Assembly: GCA_021775775.1 (NCBI GenBank)
Contig: JAJFHF010000109.1
Coordinates: 1-56,357, forward strand
DNA length: 56,357 nt
Direction: 5' to 3'
Source of the DNA: Hyphomicrobiaceae bacterium
GTDB lineage: Bacteria; Pseudomonadota; Alphaproteobacteria; Rhizobiales; HXMU1428-3
The notes beneath the pieces are model-generated. The model worked only from the letters and a program-made list of their open reading frames with translations. It had not been told where the DNA came from and did not search any database. A program made the translations under genes and the position numbers. Below are positions 9,493 to 20,439 of the stretch, piece after piece. Each line of letters opens with the position of its first letter. Positions within the stretch are counted from its first letter, which is position 1.

Positions 9493-11427
9493 TTACCCTT
9501 GTGGTTGAGGTTCAAGGCCCCCAGAAGGTTCTTTTCCACCCTTGCTTGATTTTGTTTTACCCGTCATCGGCACCACAGAAGAGGCACCACCAGAGGATTG
9601 ATCCGGATCTTCACGATTGGGCAAAATCCCATTCAGCAAGTCATTCACTTCGTCACCAGACAAAGTTTCATATTCAAGCAAACCTTTTGCAAGCGTATGC
9701 AAATCATCAATCTTTTCTTCTAAGATGCGCTTCGCGGTTTTCTCGCCGCCATCAATTAACGCGCGCACTTCCTCATCAACAATTTTAGCTGTCTCTTCAG
9801 AAATATTCACTGATTGCGTAACAGAATGACCCAAAAACACTTCTTGCTCATTGTTGGTATAAAGCACCCGTCCAAGCTTTTCAGACATGCCCCATTCCAT
9901 GACCATGGCCCGGGCCAAGCTAGTAGCTTGTTGGATATCACCTGTGGCCCCATTGGTAACTTTCTCAGGACCAAAAATAAGCAATTCAGCTTCGCGCCCA
10001 CCAAACACTGACGCCAAACGCGAAACACAATATTGTCTTGTATAGCTAAGCCGATCAGCCTCAGGTAAATTCATGGTCACGCCAAGGGCCCGCCCGCGCG
10101 GTATGATTGTCACCTTATGCAAAGGATCATGATCGGGCATATGAATACCGACAATCGCATGACCAGCTTCATGATAGGCCGTGAGTTTTTTCTCATCTTC
10201 GGTCATGACCATTGAGCGGCGTTCTGCACCCATCATCACCTTATCTTTAGCATCTTCAAACTCTTGTTGTGTGACCATACGCATTGAACGGCGCGCAGCC
10301 AACAAAGCTGCCTCATTAACAAGATTTGCCAAATCAGCTCCTGAAAACCCAGGTGTGCCACGTGCAACAACCTTTAAATCTACATTAGGGGCAAGCGGTG
10401 TTTTAGCTGCATGAACACGCAAAATCTTTTCCCGGCCTACAACATCAGGGCGCGGCACCACAACCTGGCGATCAAAACGACCAGGACGCAATAGCGCAGG
10501 ATCCAACACGTCAGGGCGGTTAGTTGCCGCAATTAAAATAATGCTTTCATTCGCTTCAAAACCATCCATCTCAACAAGCAACTGATTGAGCGTTTGCTCG
10601 CGCTCATCATTACCACCACCAAGACCAGCACCGCGATGGCGGCCAACAGCATCAATCTCATCAATAAAAATAATGCACGGCGCATTACGTTTGGCCTGTT
10701 CAAACATGTCGCGTACCCGGCTGGCACCGACACCCACAAACATTTCAACAAAGTCAGACCCAGAGATCGTGAAAAACGGCACATTGGCTTCGCCGGCAAT
10801 GGCGCGCGCTAATAAAGTTTTACCCGTACCAGGGGGGCCAACAAGCAACGCCCCATGCGGAATATGTCCGCCCAACCGTTGGAACTTTTGCGGGTCACGC
10901 AAATATTCAACAATCTCAACCAAATCATCTTTTGCTTCATCAACACCAGCAACATCATCAAATGTCACTCGTCCATGATGCTCGGTCAGTAATTTAGCTT
11001 TTGATTTGCCAAAGCCCATGGCCCGGCCACCGCCGCCCTGCATTTGGCGCATAAAGAAAATCCAAACCGCAATCAGTAAAAACACAGGCAACAATGTTGT
11101 GAACAAAATATTAAAAAATGAATTAGAGTCATCTTCAGGTGGCTTGGCTGTTATTTTAACGCCTTTTTCAGCCAACTTGCTGACAAGTGCCGGATCATCT
11201 GGTGCATATGAGCTAAAAGCAATCCCATCACCATAAGTACCTGTGACTTTTTGGCCCGCAATGGTCACCTCTTTAATGTTCCCAGCGCCAACAGCTTGCA
11301 TAAGCTCTGAATAGCTAATTTGCGAAGCCTTGGTATTATTTTGCGCGCTTTGGATCATGTTGAACAATGCCAACAACAAAAGTAAAATAAACACCCAAAC
11401 TGCAAAATTACGAAAATGCGAATTCAT
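9493..11427 (-). CDS. ftsH: ATP-dependent zinc metalloprotease FtsH
   Basis: Two TM helices, [28 protein letters not shown]; start placed at MNSHFRNF. Confidence 0.98.
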   Translation of the reverse strand: MNSHFRNFAVWVFILLLLLALFNMIQSAQNNTKASQISYSELMQAVGAGNIKEVTIAGQKVTGTYGDGIAFSSYAPDDPALVSKLAEKGVKITAKPPEDDSNSFFNILFTTLLPVFLLIAVWIFFMRQMQGGGGRAMGFGKSKAKLLTEHHGRVTFDDVAGVDEAKDDLVEIVEYLRDPQKFQRLGGHIPHGALLVGPPGTGKTLLARAIAGEANVPFFTISGSDFVEMFVGVGASRVRDMFEQAKRNAPCIIFIDEIDAVGRHRGAGLGGGNDEREQTLNQLLVEMDGFEANESIILIAATNRPDVLDPALLRPGRFDRQVVVPRPDVVGREKILRVHAAKTPLAPNVDLKVVARGTPGFSGADLANLVNEAALLAARRSMRMVTQQEFEDAKDKVMMGAERRSMVMTEDEKKLTAYHEAGHAIVGIHMPDHDPLHKVTIIPRGRALGVTMNLPEADRLSYTRQYCVSRLASVFGGREAELLIFGPEKVTNGATGDIQQATSLARAMVMEWGMSEKLGRVLYTNNEQEVFLGHSVTQSVNISEETAKIVDEEVRALIDGGEKTAKRILEEKIDDLHTLAKGLLEYETLSGDEVNDLLNGILPNREDPDQSSGGASSVVPMTGKTKSSKGGKEPSGGLEPQPQG

Positions 11428-11525
11428 AAAAATGTCCTGTTCTAAAAGCCTTAAAACTGTGCAATCAGGCCTCATTCAAGAGAAGACGGCACAATAGCCG
11501 AACAACCCAACTCGATTTACCCATA

Positions 11526-11554
11526 ACATAAGCAAGCAACAACGCTTTGCCAAG
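11526..11554 (-). promoter_or_regulatory. Possible RpoH (sigma32)-type promoter of ftsH
   Basis: Minus strand CTTG-N18-CTTATGT; weak match to the alphaproteobacterial heat-shock consensus. Confidence 0.3.
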
Positions 11555-11804
11555 AGCCCGATAGAGATTAAATGCACCTAAATCACGAATAAAAATGCCA
11601 ATACCATTTTTAAAAGTTAAGTGCCACTTTTCAATGAAAAGGGTCTTAATTTAAAGCTTTTTTGTGGTTGCCTTCTATTAATCCCCTAAAATGGCTATTT
11701 TTTAACATATAAGCCCCAAATCAGGCCCATTCCCAATAAAAAAGCAATGTTTATATTTAATACTCACCCAAGACCCAAAACAACATTGATTAAAAATAGC
11801 ACAC

Positions 11805-13142
11805 TTACCCAAGCGACCACACAGCCTTGAGATCAACATCTAGTGACCCCCCCTCGACTTCCTTACTCTCTAACGCGTCTAAGAATAATCTTTCTTCTAT
11901 AGGAGGTAATTGCGGCACAGCTAAAAGTTGGCCCTTTTCCCTCCCACCCCAAACAGTAGCGAAGCCCAAGACCAAATCCAAAGATAAGGGTTTTTGTTGT
12001 TGTTTAAAAAAACCAACAACAACCCCCGCTTCCTCCCTTGAAAGGGCGCGCACAATAATAGCGCAAGCCAAACCCGAATTTACAGCCATGCAAATCCGTT
12101 TGTCCCATAAAACTGATTGGGGCGCACCGGCCTTTAAGTCAAGAGATATCACCTCAAGATCAAAGCGCCTTGTCTCACGGTAAAATTCATACCCGCCGTT
12201 GGCACGCCGAACAATTAACACACCGCCTAAAACAAATTGCTCAGATTTCATATCCAGCAAACGCTGGGCACCGCGCTCAATTTTTGACAACGCCAAAGCC
12301 CCTTGGCCAAAACGAGCCAGCAAAATTTGCAAAACCACAACCTGCACCCCATAAGGCAAATCAGCAAACGGAGCCCCCCTCATTTTTAAATACCCTTCAT
12401 CATAGAACTCTACAGACTCACCAATAAAACCATTCGCCCATTGCTCCAAAGCAGTGCGCGCATGCGCCAAACGTTCGCTACTGCGCGCGATCTGATCACG
12501 AAGCTCTCCATTAGCATCAAGCTTTTGCAAAATCTGGCGCACCTCAACCCGCTCATAATCGCAATCTTGATTACTCGGGTCTTCGTACCATTCAACTTGG
12601 TTTTCACGTAACCATGCCACCAGCGCCTGTTTAGAAAATTTCAACAACGGCCGAACAAGCTCGATGCCATACAGTTGCTTGAGGCGCAAAATTCCAGCCA
12701 ACCCCTCAACCCCGCTCCCGCGGCGCAAACGCATAATAAACGTCTCAGCTTGATCATCGAGAGTGTGAGCCGTTAACAATCGCCCGATCCCTCGCGCCTT
12801 TAATTGCCCCGACATGGCCTCATAACGCGCGCCGCGCGCCTTGGCTTGCACACCCGTCTTCCCTTGCAGACCATCCAGTCTCAAAGGCACAGCCTCAAAC
12901 CCAAGCGCCCGCGCTTGCCCCATAACAAATTCAACTTCATCAGCAGATGAGGCACGCAACCCATGATCAACAGACAACACCAAATCTTTTTCATGTTTTT
13001 CAAGAGGGTTTTGCGCGCGCCATAAGCCAAAAAAATGCATCATTGCCATGCTATCTGCCCCGCCAGAAACAGCCAACGCAACGCGGTGACCAGTGGCTAA
13101 TCCAGCAAACAACTCTTCATAATTTAAATCACTCTCATTCAT
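11805..13142 (-). CDS. tilS: tRNA(Ile)-lysidine synthase
   Basis: SGGADS, DHGLR, TAHTLDDQAET, RPLL, EDPSN; upstream of ftsH. Start uncertain (ORF open to 13229). Confidence 0.93.
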   Translation of the reverse strand: MNESDLNYEELFAGLATGHRVALAVSGGADSMAMMHFFGLWRAQNPLEKHEKDLVLSVDHGLRASSADEVEFVMGQARALGFEAVPLRLDGLQGKTGVQAKARGARYEAMSGQLKARGIGRLLTAHTLDDQAETFIMRLRRGSGVEGLAGILRLKQLYGIELVRPLLKFSKQALVAWLRENQVEWYEDPSNQDCDYERVEVRQILQKLDANGELRDQIARSSERLAHARTALEQWANGFIGESVEFYDEGYLKMRGAPFADLPYGVQVVVLQILLARFGQGALALSKIERGAQRLLDMKSEQFVLGGVLIVRRANGGYEFYRETRRFDLEVISLDLKAGAPQSVLWDKRICMAVNSGLACAIIVRALSREEAGVVVGFFKQQQKPLSLDLVLGFATVWGGREKGQLLAVPQLPPIEERLFLDALESKEVEGGSLDVDLKAVWSLG

Positions 13143-13347
13143 GCAAGGCAAGCTACTGTGAAAGAGCCCAGGGAGCAAGAGCACTGATAATAGAAGACTC
13201 AGCAACCCGCTTATGAGCAGAATTGCCACCTCAAAATACGATTATCAATATTTAGATTTTGAAAAATTACAAATGCTTCAAGATATTAAGAAGCGGGTTA
13301 TTGAGAGAATATTTTGGCAAAGCCCCCACAAAAAAAACCACTTAAAA

Positions 13348-15012
13348 TCAATTTTTGGGAATAACAAATTTTGCATTCAAAGCTTTCAGCAAGCGCGCAT
13401 CACGTCCATAAATATCTTTATAAAACCGGATTTGATTATTAATCGAAGGGTCAACTGTCCAATATAAAATGGCAACAGGCAATGTCTTTGATAAATTCAC
13501 TTGGCGCAATTTTTTCCCCGCCAACACTTTATCAATCTGCGCCCTCGTCCATCCATTACGATTGGCCAAAAGAATTTCGGCCAATTTAATAGGGTCCTTC
13601 ACCCGAATACACCCATGACTAAAAGCACGGCCAGTCTTCCCAAACAAAGAGCGTGATGGCGTATCATGCAGATAAACATTATGACGATTTGGAAAAATAA
13701 ATTTCACCCGCCCCAACGCATTTCTAGGCCCTGATTTTTGCACCACATTATAAGGAAAAGAGCGCGCACTCAGATTTGACCAATCAACGGAATTAGGTGA
13801 GACCCTTTTTCCATTGGAAGCAACCAACTCATAATTACGCTGTGTTAGATATGCAGGGTTGGCCTTTGCCTTGCCAAAAATTTCATTGCGCACAATGCTA
13901 CGCGGCACACCCCACGTTGGATTAAGAACCACATATTCTATCGCATCCGTAAACACCGGCGTGCGGTGATACGGTTTACCCGTGATAACTTGGGTGGACC
14001 AAACTAGTTTATTGTTCAAAGTCACAAACAAATAAAATCCAGCAATGTTAACAACGATTATATCTTTCTCTTTCTCGATTTTGCGCAACACCCAGCGCGC
14101 CCGTTCCATATTCACCCGAACCTGATCAACCCGCTTTTGAGGCGAGACATTCAGTTCTTTTATCGTGCCCGGCCCAATCACCCCATCCGCATCGATCCCA
14201 TGATTTTCCTGAAACCGTCGAACCACCTGCACCAAATCATCATCATAAACTTTAGATTGTGAAATAAAACTAGCCTCAAGACCTTCAGCTAAGGCCATCC
14301 TTCGGCGCAAAAAAGGCACTTGATCGTTTTCATCACCTGGTTTTAAAATCAATCCCCCTTGGATGACAGGCCAATCAACAAGGCGTGCATTCGAGGTATA
14401 AATTTTCAATACTTTTTGCAAACCAGTATAATAGGTATGGTCGAGACGCACGCCCTCAATCAAACCACGAATGTTATTTAATTTAAGGGCCTCGCTTATG
14501 ATGTGAACCGGCTCTCCATCAGGAAGCGGTCGGTCATAATTCCAATTGGCATCTATCTGTCCAGGGCTCACCTTGCCATAAAACATCTGATACAACAGCC
14601 GCACCAACGCATCACTTAGTAAAATATCTTGCTCAAAGTCAGTGAGATTAACAGATGGCTCTGAAGAAAAAACCAACCCAAGCGCTTGGGCATGAAAATC
14701 TTTTCTTTGCAACCCATCCATCCAACTATCAGAAATCGCTCGCTTAAGGTCATTTACATTCAGAGGATCCGTCCATACCCGGCGATAACCATTGGCCTCA
14801 TAAAATTTTTGTAAAAACTTAACTGTAAGAATGTGGTTGGTGCCAATCACCCGGCCAGAAGCTGAACTCAACCCCTCTACAAGAGTTTGTAAACTTTGAG
14901 CACTCTTCACAAGAGGCGTTGGGATCACCGCGCTTTCAGCAAAAGCTGGAGAAGCCGCTACCATACTCATAAATACAAAGCTCACAAAAAAACAAAAAAC
15001 TCTCAAACTCAA
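13348..15012 (-). CDS. L,D-transpeptidase, YcbB/LdtD type, with PG-binding domain
   Basis: Signal peptide; VRRFQENHGIDADGVIGPGT PG-binding motif; NMERARW, NPTWGVP, NALGRVKF, YLHDTP, FSHGCIRV catalytic His/Cys. Confidence 0.93.
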   Translation of the reverse strand: MSLRVFCFFVSFVFMSMVAASPAFAESAVIPTPLVKSAQSLQTLVEGLSSASGRVIGTNHILTVKFLQKFYEANGYRRVWTDPLNVNDLKRAISDSWMDGLQRKDFHAQALGLVFSSEPSVNLTDFEQDILLSDALVRLLYQMFYGKVSPGQIDANWNYDRPLPDGEPVHIISEALKLNNIRGLIEGVRLDHTYYTGLQKVLKIYTSNARLVDWPVIQGGLILKPGDENDQVPFLRRRMALAEGLEASFISQSKVYDDDLVQVVRRFQENHGIDADGVIGPGTIKELNVSPQKRVDQVRVNMERARWVLRKIEKEKDIIVVNIAGFYLFVTLNNKLVWSTQVITGKPYHRTPVFTDAIEYVVLNPTWGVPRSIVRNEIFGKAKANPAYLTQRNYELVASNGKRVSPNSVDWSNLSARSFPYNVVQKSGPRNALGRVKFIFPNRHNVYLHDTPSRSLFGKTGRAFSHGCIRVKDPIKLAEILLANRNGWTRAQIDKVLAGKKLRQVNLSKTLPVAILYWTVDPSINNQIRFYKDIYGRDARLLKALNAKFVIPKN

Positions 15013-15143
15013 AACAGCCCACCCTTTATCCTCACCTCCCAGAACAATGCAAACAAGGTCTAAGAAAGAGAAAGTTATAGCAAAACATTATTATGAGTTT
15101 ATTCTAACCATTAGCCAGAGTCTAACTATGGATGAGAAATGAT

Positions 15144-15971
15144 CTAACAGCCGGCTTTGCCGCGTTCTTCACCAATTTTACGCGCAACATGCCCCGGTAA
15201 AGACTTATACTTAGATCGAAGCTCAGCATATGTTTGACATGCCGCCTCAGATTGCCCCAAACGCTGCAATGATATCCCCAATTTCAAAAGATTATCAGGG
15301 GCCTTTTGGCTCGTGCGGTAGGATTTATAGCCCTTTAAAAACTCATTCGCAGAACGCCTATAATCGCCGCGAGCAAAAAAAGTCTCACCTAGCCAATATT
15401 GAGCATTACCAGAGAGTTCATCTTGAGGGTAATTTGATAAGAAAGACCGAAACGTCGCTTCAGCCGAAGCATAATCACTAGCAATCATATAATTATAGCC
15501 CGCATCATAAAGCGCCCGCGAGCTTTTACCATTCAATGTTACCCGGCTGGCTGGCGGGCCCCCTTCAGTCTCAATATCGGCACCAGGCACCCGATTAACA
15601 GGCATTTCGTTTTCCAATGAAGACCGCGTATCAGCGCCCCACCCCTCGGTGTTTAAATCGGGGTTATCCAATTGACTACGTGGCGGAAGGTCACGCAATT
15701 GCCGATCTCTTTGAGGAATTTGTTTTTGGGGGACTTGTAAATCCCCTTTTTTAACCATGGTCTGCAAAGCACCAATAACAGATTGCATCTCAACAATTTG
15801 GCTCTCTAACCGATCAATCCGTTGCAAGGCTTCAACCAATTCTTGAGATCGTCCAACAACTGTTTTTGCTGTTTTTTTACTCTCTTGGGAATAACCAGGC
15901 TTGATCATCACAAAAGCTGAACCAACACAAAAAAGCACACCCATTAAAATACAATGCTTCACTTGGTTCAT
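15144..15971 (-). CDS. cpoB: Tol-Pal system protein YbgF/CpoB
   Basis: Signal peptide, coiled coil, TPR with YPQDELSGNAQYWLGE and KAPDNLLKLG; follows pal. Start uncertain (ORF open to 16001). Confidence 0.92.
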   Translation of the reverse strand: MNQVKHCILMGVLFCVGSAFVMIKPGYSQESKKTAKTVVGRSQELVEALQRIDRLESQIVEMQSVIGALQTMVKKGDLQVPQKQIPQRDRQLRDLPPRSQLDNPDLNTEGWGADTRSSLENEMPVNRVPGADIETEGGPPASRVTLNGKSSRALYDAGYNYMIASDYASAEATFRSFLSNYPQDELSGNAQYWLGETFFARGDYRRSANEFLKGYKSYRTSQKAPDNLLKLGISLQRLGQSEAACQTYAELRSKYKSLPGHVARKIGEERGKAGC

Positions 15972-16092
15972 AACCTTAAGCCCTTTAGGTTTTTCTTTCA
16001 AAAAAAAGATTATAATAGAAAATGAGCGTCAAAAAAACCTATCCACTGCAATCTAAGAAAGTTTTTCACAAAACTAATCAGTCAAACAGTGC

Positions 16093-16566
16093 CTAATAGC
16101 CAGCGCCACTATTCAAGCGGGTTTCGACACGGCGATTTTGCGACCAACAGCTAATATCATCACAAACTGCTACGGGCCGCTCTTTACCATATGAAATAGT
16201 GCGCAATCGCGTTGGGCTAATGCCATTCGACAACAAATAATTTTTCACAGTCTCAGACCGGCGACCACCAAGAGCTAAATTATACTCTCGCGTTCCGCGT
16301 TCATCCGCGTGCCCTTCCAATGTGACCGTATAATTAGGATATTTATTCAACCACTTTACCTGGCCGCGCAAAATGCCAAGCGCTTGATCCGTTAATTGCA
16401 CGCTATCTGTCGTAAAATGAACAGTGGTCCCAACATTAACAGCAAAATCTTGAGGGCTACCAGGTTTCGTCGGCGTGCCAGTAAGGCTCTGATTGGCGTT
16501 ACTACAGCCAACAACGAAAAGAGCCACCAAAGAAATAAGAAAAAATTTAAAAATATGAGACGTCAT
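16093..16566 (-). CDS. pal: Peptidoglycan-associated lipoprotein Pal
   Basis: Lipobox VVGC; EGHADERGTREYNLALG, SYGKERP, NRR. Confidence 0.97.
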   Translation of the reverse strand: MTSHIFKFFLISLVALFVVGCSNANQSLTGTPTKPGSPQDFAVNVGTTVHFTTDSVQLTDQALGILRGQVKWLNKYPNYTVTLEGHADERGTREYNLALGGRRSETVKNYLLSNGISPTRLRTISYGKERPVAVCDDISCWSQNRRVETRLNSGAGY

Positions 16567-16929
16567 AATCGCTCAGCCTAAAGTTAAAAATGGACACTCA
16601 AATGACAGCCTAAAAAGTGTTAGGACGAAATCATCCAAGAGCTAACCACATTGGATTGGATCACTTAAAGGATCACACCTGGATTAATGGACAAAACCAG
16701 TAATTTATTAACACATAAGAATGAAAGAGTTTACAAGATAAAGCCAATGAAAAAAATCAAACTACATCTGGGTAACGAGTTAAAAGTCTATTTTCAGGCT
16801 TATTTTTGCGCACTTCCATGCCTACTTTCATGCATCTTAACTAAGGCAATATAGTGACATCTAGAATAGAAATCTAACGCTAAAACATCTCTCCCAGACG
16901 TCTTCAACATATAAACGTCTGCAACAAAT

Positions 16930-16966
16930 AAAAAATCGTACTGTGCACAAAAGTACACAGTACGAT
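16930..16966 (-). terminator. Terminator downstream of the small lipoprotein pair
   Basis: atcgtactgtg...cacagtacgat 11-bp stem followed by a U-tract on the minus strand. Confidence 0.75.
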
Positions 16967-17018
16967 CTTTATCTGTCATGAAGCCAAATAAGCTTCAAAG
17001 AAACAAGATTGCTAATAA

Positions 17019-17159
17019 TTAGCGAATTGCTTGTTCAACAGGAGCGATATCACCACCAAGCTTCATAGGCTCGTGACGTACTTCACGGCGACAAGCACCA
17101 AGAGTAGCAACTGTTCCAACGATAGTAGCAGCAATAATAAGACCTTTAAGACCTTTCAT
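17019..17159 (-). CDS. Small lipoprotein, copy 1 (46 aa; not in ORF track)
   Basis: MKGLKGLIIAATIVGTVATLGA-CRREVRHEPMKLGGDIAPVEQAIR*; RBS GAAGGGGG; lipobox LGAC; alternative ATG at 17165. Confidence 0.88.
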   Translation of the reverse strand: MKGLKGLIIAATIVGTVATLGACRREVRHEPMKLGGDIAPVEQAIR

Positions 17160-17266
17160 ATTCATTCCCCCTTCAGGATAAATTTAGGATCAGAATGACC
17201 CTGTTTCAAAACAAAAATAAACTAATAAGCACAAGATAACACCAAAGGCATCACCTCAATGAGTTT

Positions 17267-17404
17267 CTAGCGTACAGTTTGCTCGTGAACTACATCACCA
17301 CCAAGTTTCATTGGTTCGTGACGAACTTCGCGCCGACATGCACTAACAGATGCAATCGCACCGATCAGAACAGTAACAACAAACACACGTTTAAAAGAAT
17401 TCAT
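17267..17404 (-). CDS. Small lipoprotein, copy 2 (45 aa)
   Basis: MNSFKRVFVVTVLIGAIASVSA-CRREVRHEPMKLGGDVVHEQTVR*; RBS AAGGAG 6 nt before ATG; lipobox VSAC. Confidence 0.88.
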   Translation of the reverse strand: MNSFKRVFVVTVLIGAIASVSACRREVRHEPMKLGGDVVHEQTVR

Positions 17405-17628
17405 AATGTACTCCTTAGACGTTTTACAAGTAGTGCATACAACCGAATTACCGGTGATGCATGACAAGATCAAGAACTGAAACGTCTAAATCTCATGTTT
17501 TCACCAATAATGGTGCGAAAAAGACACGAAACTAGCGATGTAGCTCTTTTGTTCTAAACTTAATTAACAGTCTAGACACAACAATTACATCATTTAGATT
17601 CGTCCTCTAAAAGCAAGGTTTATATAGA

Positions 17629-18951
17629 TTATTTGTTAACATGTGGTGACCAAGATGGGTCTGATCCCCAAGAAGGCGTTAAAATACGACGTTCATTATA
17701 ACCGGTTAAATCCACAGAGTAGATCCTGGGCCCCGATTTCTCCCCGCGAGACTCACGAAAAAACATCAAAACCCGTCCATTGGGAGCCCACGTTGGGCCC
17801 TCATTATGATAACCTTCCGTTAAGATACGCTCCCCTGTGCCATCAGGGCGCATAACACCGATTAAAAAGCGCCCCGACTGTTGCTTTGTAAAAGCTATCA
17901 AGTCACCACGCGGCGACCATACGGGGGTAGAATAACGCCCAGCACCCTGACTAATCCGTCGCCCTTGCCCACCATTAGCACTCATAACATATAGCTGTTT
18001 TGAGCCCTCTCTGTCGGTTTCAAACACGATATTTTTACCATCTGGAGAAAAACTAGGCGCCGTGTTAATCGAAGAACTATTGGTCAAACTCTTTGTTTGC
18101 CTGGTGCGTAAATCCATCATAAAAATGTTGGCGTTAGGTCCTTGCTGCAGGCTCATAATGATTCTTTGCCCATCAGGGGAAAAACGCGGCGCAAATGTCA
18201 TGGTCGGAAAATCACCAACAACTTCTTTTTGCCCGGTTTCAATATTCAATAAATAAACCCGCGGCGAGCCGCTTTCATAAGACATATAGGTAATTTCTTG
18301 CGAACGAGGGCTAAAACGCGGCGTTAACACCAGATGATCACCGCGCGTTAAATAACGAATATTATGACCATCTTGATCCATAATCGCTAACCGTTTGATC
18401 CGTCGCTTTTTGGGGCCCGTTTCATCAATAAAAGCAACCCGTGTATCGAAATACCCAGCTTCACCGGTCATACGTTTATACACCGTATCGGCAATGACAT
18501 GCCCAACCCGGCGCCAATTATTTTGTTTTATAAAAAACTGCTCCCCAGCCAATTGTTTGCCAGAAAACACATCCCACAATCGAAACTGTGCTTTAATCCG
18601 CCCATCTGGTAACCGCTCGGCTTTACCCACCAGCAAAGCCTGTGCCTTAATCAACCGCCAATCAGAAAATTTCGGCACCGCCAACACACTGGCCCCTTTA
18701 TCAATGAAGGAGGCGGGGTCAAGTGGCTCAAACAAACCCGTCCCAGCCAGGTCAGCTTGAATAACCTGCACAACCTCTTGCACATAACGCTGCTCATCAA
18801 GAGTTTTGGCTTCAAAGCGCGCCACCGCGAGGGGAATCGCTTGAATGTTGCCGCGGGTAATTTCGACATCTATCTGAGCAACAGCAGCGTTAGAGACAAA
18901 CAGTCCCATCAAAAACGCACACAGAAAGCGCAACAAGGGTCTTATATTCAT
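17629..18951 (-). CDS. tolB: Tol-Pal beta-propeller protein TolB
   Basis: Signal peptide, GYFDTRVAF, repeated P.FSPDG/P.WSP PD40 repeats; start placed at MNIRPLL (ORF open to 19005). Confidence 0.97.
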   Translation of the reverse strand: MNIRPLLRFLCAFLMGLFVSNAAVAQIDVEITRGNIQAIPLAVARFEAKTLDEQRYVQEVVQVIQADLAGTGLFEPLDPASFIDKGASVLAVPKFSDWRLIKAQALLVGKAERLPDGRIKAQFRLWDVFSGKQLAGEQFFIKQNNWRRVGHVIADTVYKRMTGEAGYFDTRVAFIDETGPKKRRIKRLAIMDQDGHNIRYLTRGDHLVLTPRFSPRSQEITYMSYESGSPRVYLLNIETGQKEVVGDFPTMTFAPRFSPDGQRIIMSLQQGPNANIFMMDLRTRQTKSLTNSSSINTAPSFSPDGKNIVFETDREGSKQLYVMSANGGQGRRISQGAGRYSTPVWSPRGDLIAFTKQQSGRFLIGVMRPDGTGERILTEGYHNEGPTWAPNGRVLMFFRESRGEKSGPRIYSVDLTGYNERRILTPSWGSDPSWSPHVNK

Positions 18952-19029
18952 AAGGGCACGACCTTTTCTCAAGACAAAAGTTATAAATACAGTTCTAAAT
19001 TGCAATTTTCATCGCATCAAAATTAGTTC

Positions 19030-19899
19030 TTACCGAAACATAGCCGCCGGATTAAAAGAAAAATTCATAAACTTCCAATGATCATAATCTTTTTGAGGCA
19101 AGTTATAAGGCTGGCATTGATAAATGGCACCAAGAGCCCGATCAGCGGCGACCCTGAAAAAAGGACCAGGTACACTATTTAAAACTTTAGGGGTTCCCGT
19201 TAAAGTCCCATCCCGGTTTAACTTAATTTGCAACTTCACAATCAAAGTCTCGGCGGCTTCCCCGCCAGCAAGCGTGTTCCAACAAGGGCTCACCTGACGG
19301 TTCATGGCACCTTGAATGTTCATCATGCTAACACGGTCCAACCCTTTAGGAGCGCCCTTGACCTTTTTGGCACCAGGCAGATCAGGCAGTGAAGATCGAG
19401 AGTTAGCATCGGGCACTTTGTTCAAAAGGGCCGCAATCTTATCTTCATTGAATTTTTTCTTTTTCTTTTTCTTCTTCTTCGTTACTTTTTTCGGCTTTGG
19501 TTTGGGTTTTGGTTTCGCCTTTGGTTTGGGCTTTGGCTTTTCAGCTACCTTTTTAGGTTTTTCTTTTTCCTTCACCTTCGGCGGGATTTTTTCCACAATG
19601 GGCTCAGGTGGCTTTTCAGCCGCCGCTTCAACTATGCGCTGCGGCGCTGGCTTTTTCTTCTTTTTTGCTGGCTCAATTTCTTTGGTGATGGGTTTTACAT
19701 CAGGCTTGTTAAGTTCTTTCTTTTCAGGCGCTTTTTTCAACCCTGCTTTGAGCTTGTTAAGTTCTTTAATATCAACAAGATCAACAGGGATAGAATCGAC
19801 AACAGGTTGTTTAAAGGCCTTTGCATTTTGATAGGACAACAAAGCAAAGCCAAGCAAAGCGCTATGAAAAACAATTGATAAAATCAATTCAATGCGCAA
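19030..19899 (-). CDS. tolA: TolA
   Basis: N-terminal TM helix with SIVFH, Lys/Pro-rich linker, C-terminal domain CWN...CQPYNLP...F.P; between tolR and tolB. Confidence 0.88.
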   Translation of the reverse strand: MRIELILSIVFHSALLGFALLSYQNAKAFKQPVVDSIPVDLVDIKELNKLKAGLKKAPEKKELNKPDVKPITKEIEPAKKKKKPAPQRIVEAAAEKPPEPIVEKIPPKVKEKEKPKKVAEKPKPKPKAKPKPKPKPKKVTKKKKKKKKKFNEDKIAALLNKVPDANSRSSLPDLPGAKKVKGAPKGLDRVSMMNIQGAMNRQVSPCWNTLAGGEAAETLIVKLQIKLNRDGTLTGTPKVLNSVPGPFFRVAADRALGAIYQCQPYNLPQKDYDHWKFMNFSFNPAAMFR

Positions 19900-19960
19900 A
19901 TCGCTCTCCTCATCTTAAAAAACATTAAACAATCAATTTTAACAAGCTGGCAAACCCTCA

Positions 19961-20410
19961 TCATTGCCCCGAAGCATCAGTTACAATGGCTAAACGTTTA
20001 AACCCAGCACTTGAGATCTTACCCATAACTTCAGAAATTTTTCCATGCAGGCTTTTATGATCACCGCGTATATAAATCCGCTCATTATAACCATTTTTAG
20101 CAATCGCCGTTAGTTTGGGCACCAATTCATTGATCTCAATTTCTTTATCTTGAATAAAGACCTTGCCCTCTTTGGTCACAGAAATGGTCAAAGGCTCCTT
20201 TTCACCTCCCAAGGCTTTTGCTTCGGTTTTAGGCAAATCCATAGGGATCCCAACAGTCATCAAAGGAGCGGTCACCATAAACACAATCAGCAACACAAGC
20301 ATCACATCAACAAACGGCGTCACATTAATATCAGACATGGGCCGCATGCCACCACTACGCGACCGCCGCCGCCGCGGAATTGCTTTACCACCTCCAAGTG
20401 ATGCACCCAT
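19961..20410 (-). CDS. tolR: TolR
   Basis: SDINVTPFVDVMLVLLIVFMVTAP. Confidence 0.96.
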   Translation of the reverse strand: MGASLGGGKAIPRRRRSRSGGMRPMSDINVTPFVDVMLVLLIVFMVTAPLMTVGIPMDLPKTEAKALGGEKEPLTISVTKEGKVFIQDKEIEINELVPKLTAIAKNGYNERIYIRGDHKSLHGKISEVMGKISSAGFKRLAIVTDASGQ

Positions 20411-20439
20411 GATTAGTCCTTAATCTTAAAATCTTTAAC

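Noticed and set aside
13143-13229. Hydrophobic N-terminal extension suggesting a membrane-anchored TilS
   Set aside because: No convincing RBS before the GTG; the ATG at 13142 gives a normal-length TilS; cannot be supported without homolog alignment
17405-17473. Longer 68-aa version of lipoprotein copy 2 with a Cys-rich N-terminus
   Set aside because: AAGGAG RBS sits directly before the ATG at 17404 and the paralog has the short form
19316-19831. 171-aa plus-strand ORF with poly-Phe and FG repeats
   Set aside because: Antisense shadow of the Lys/Pro-rich TolA linker
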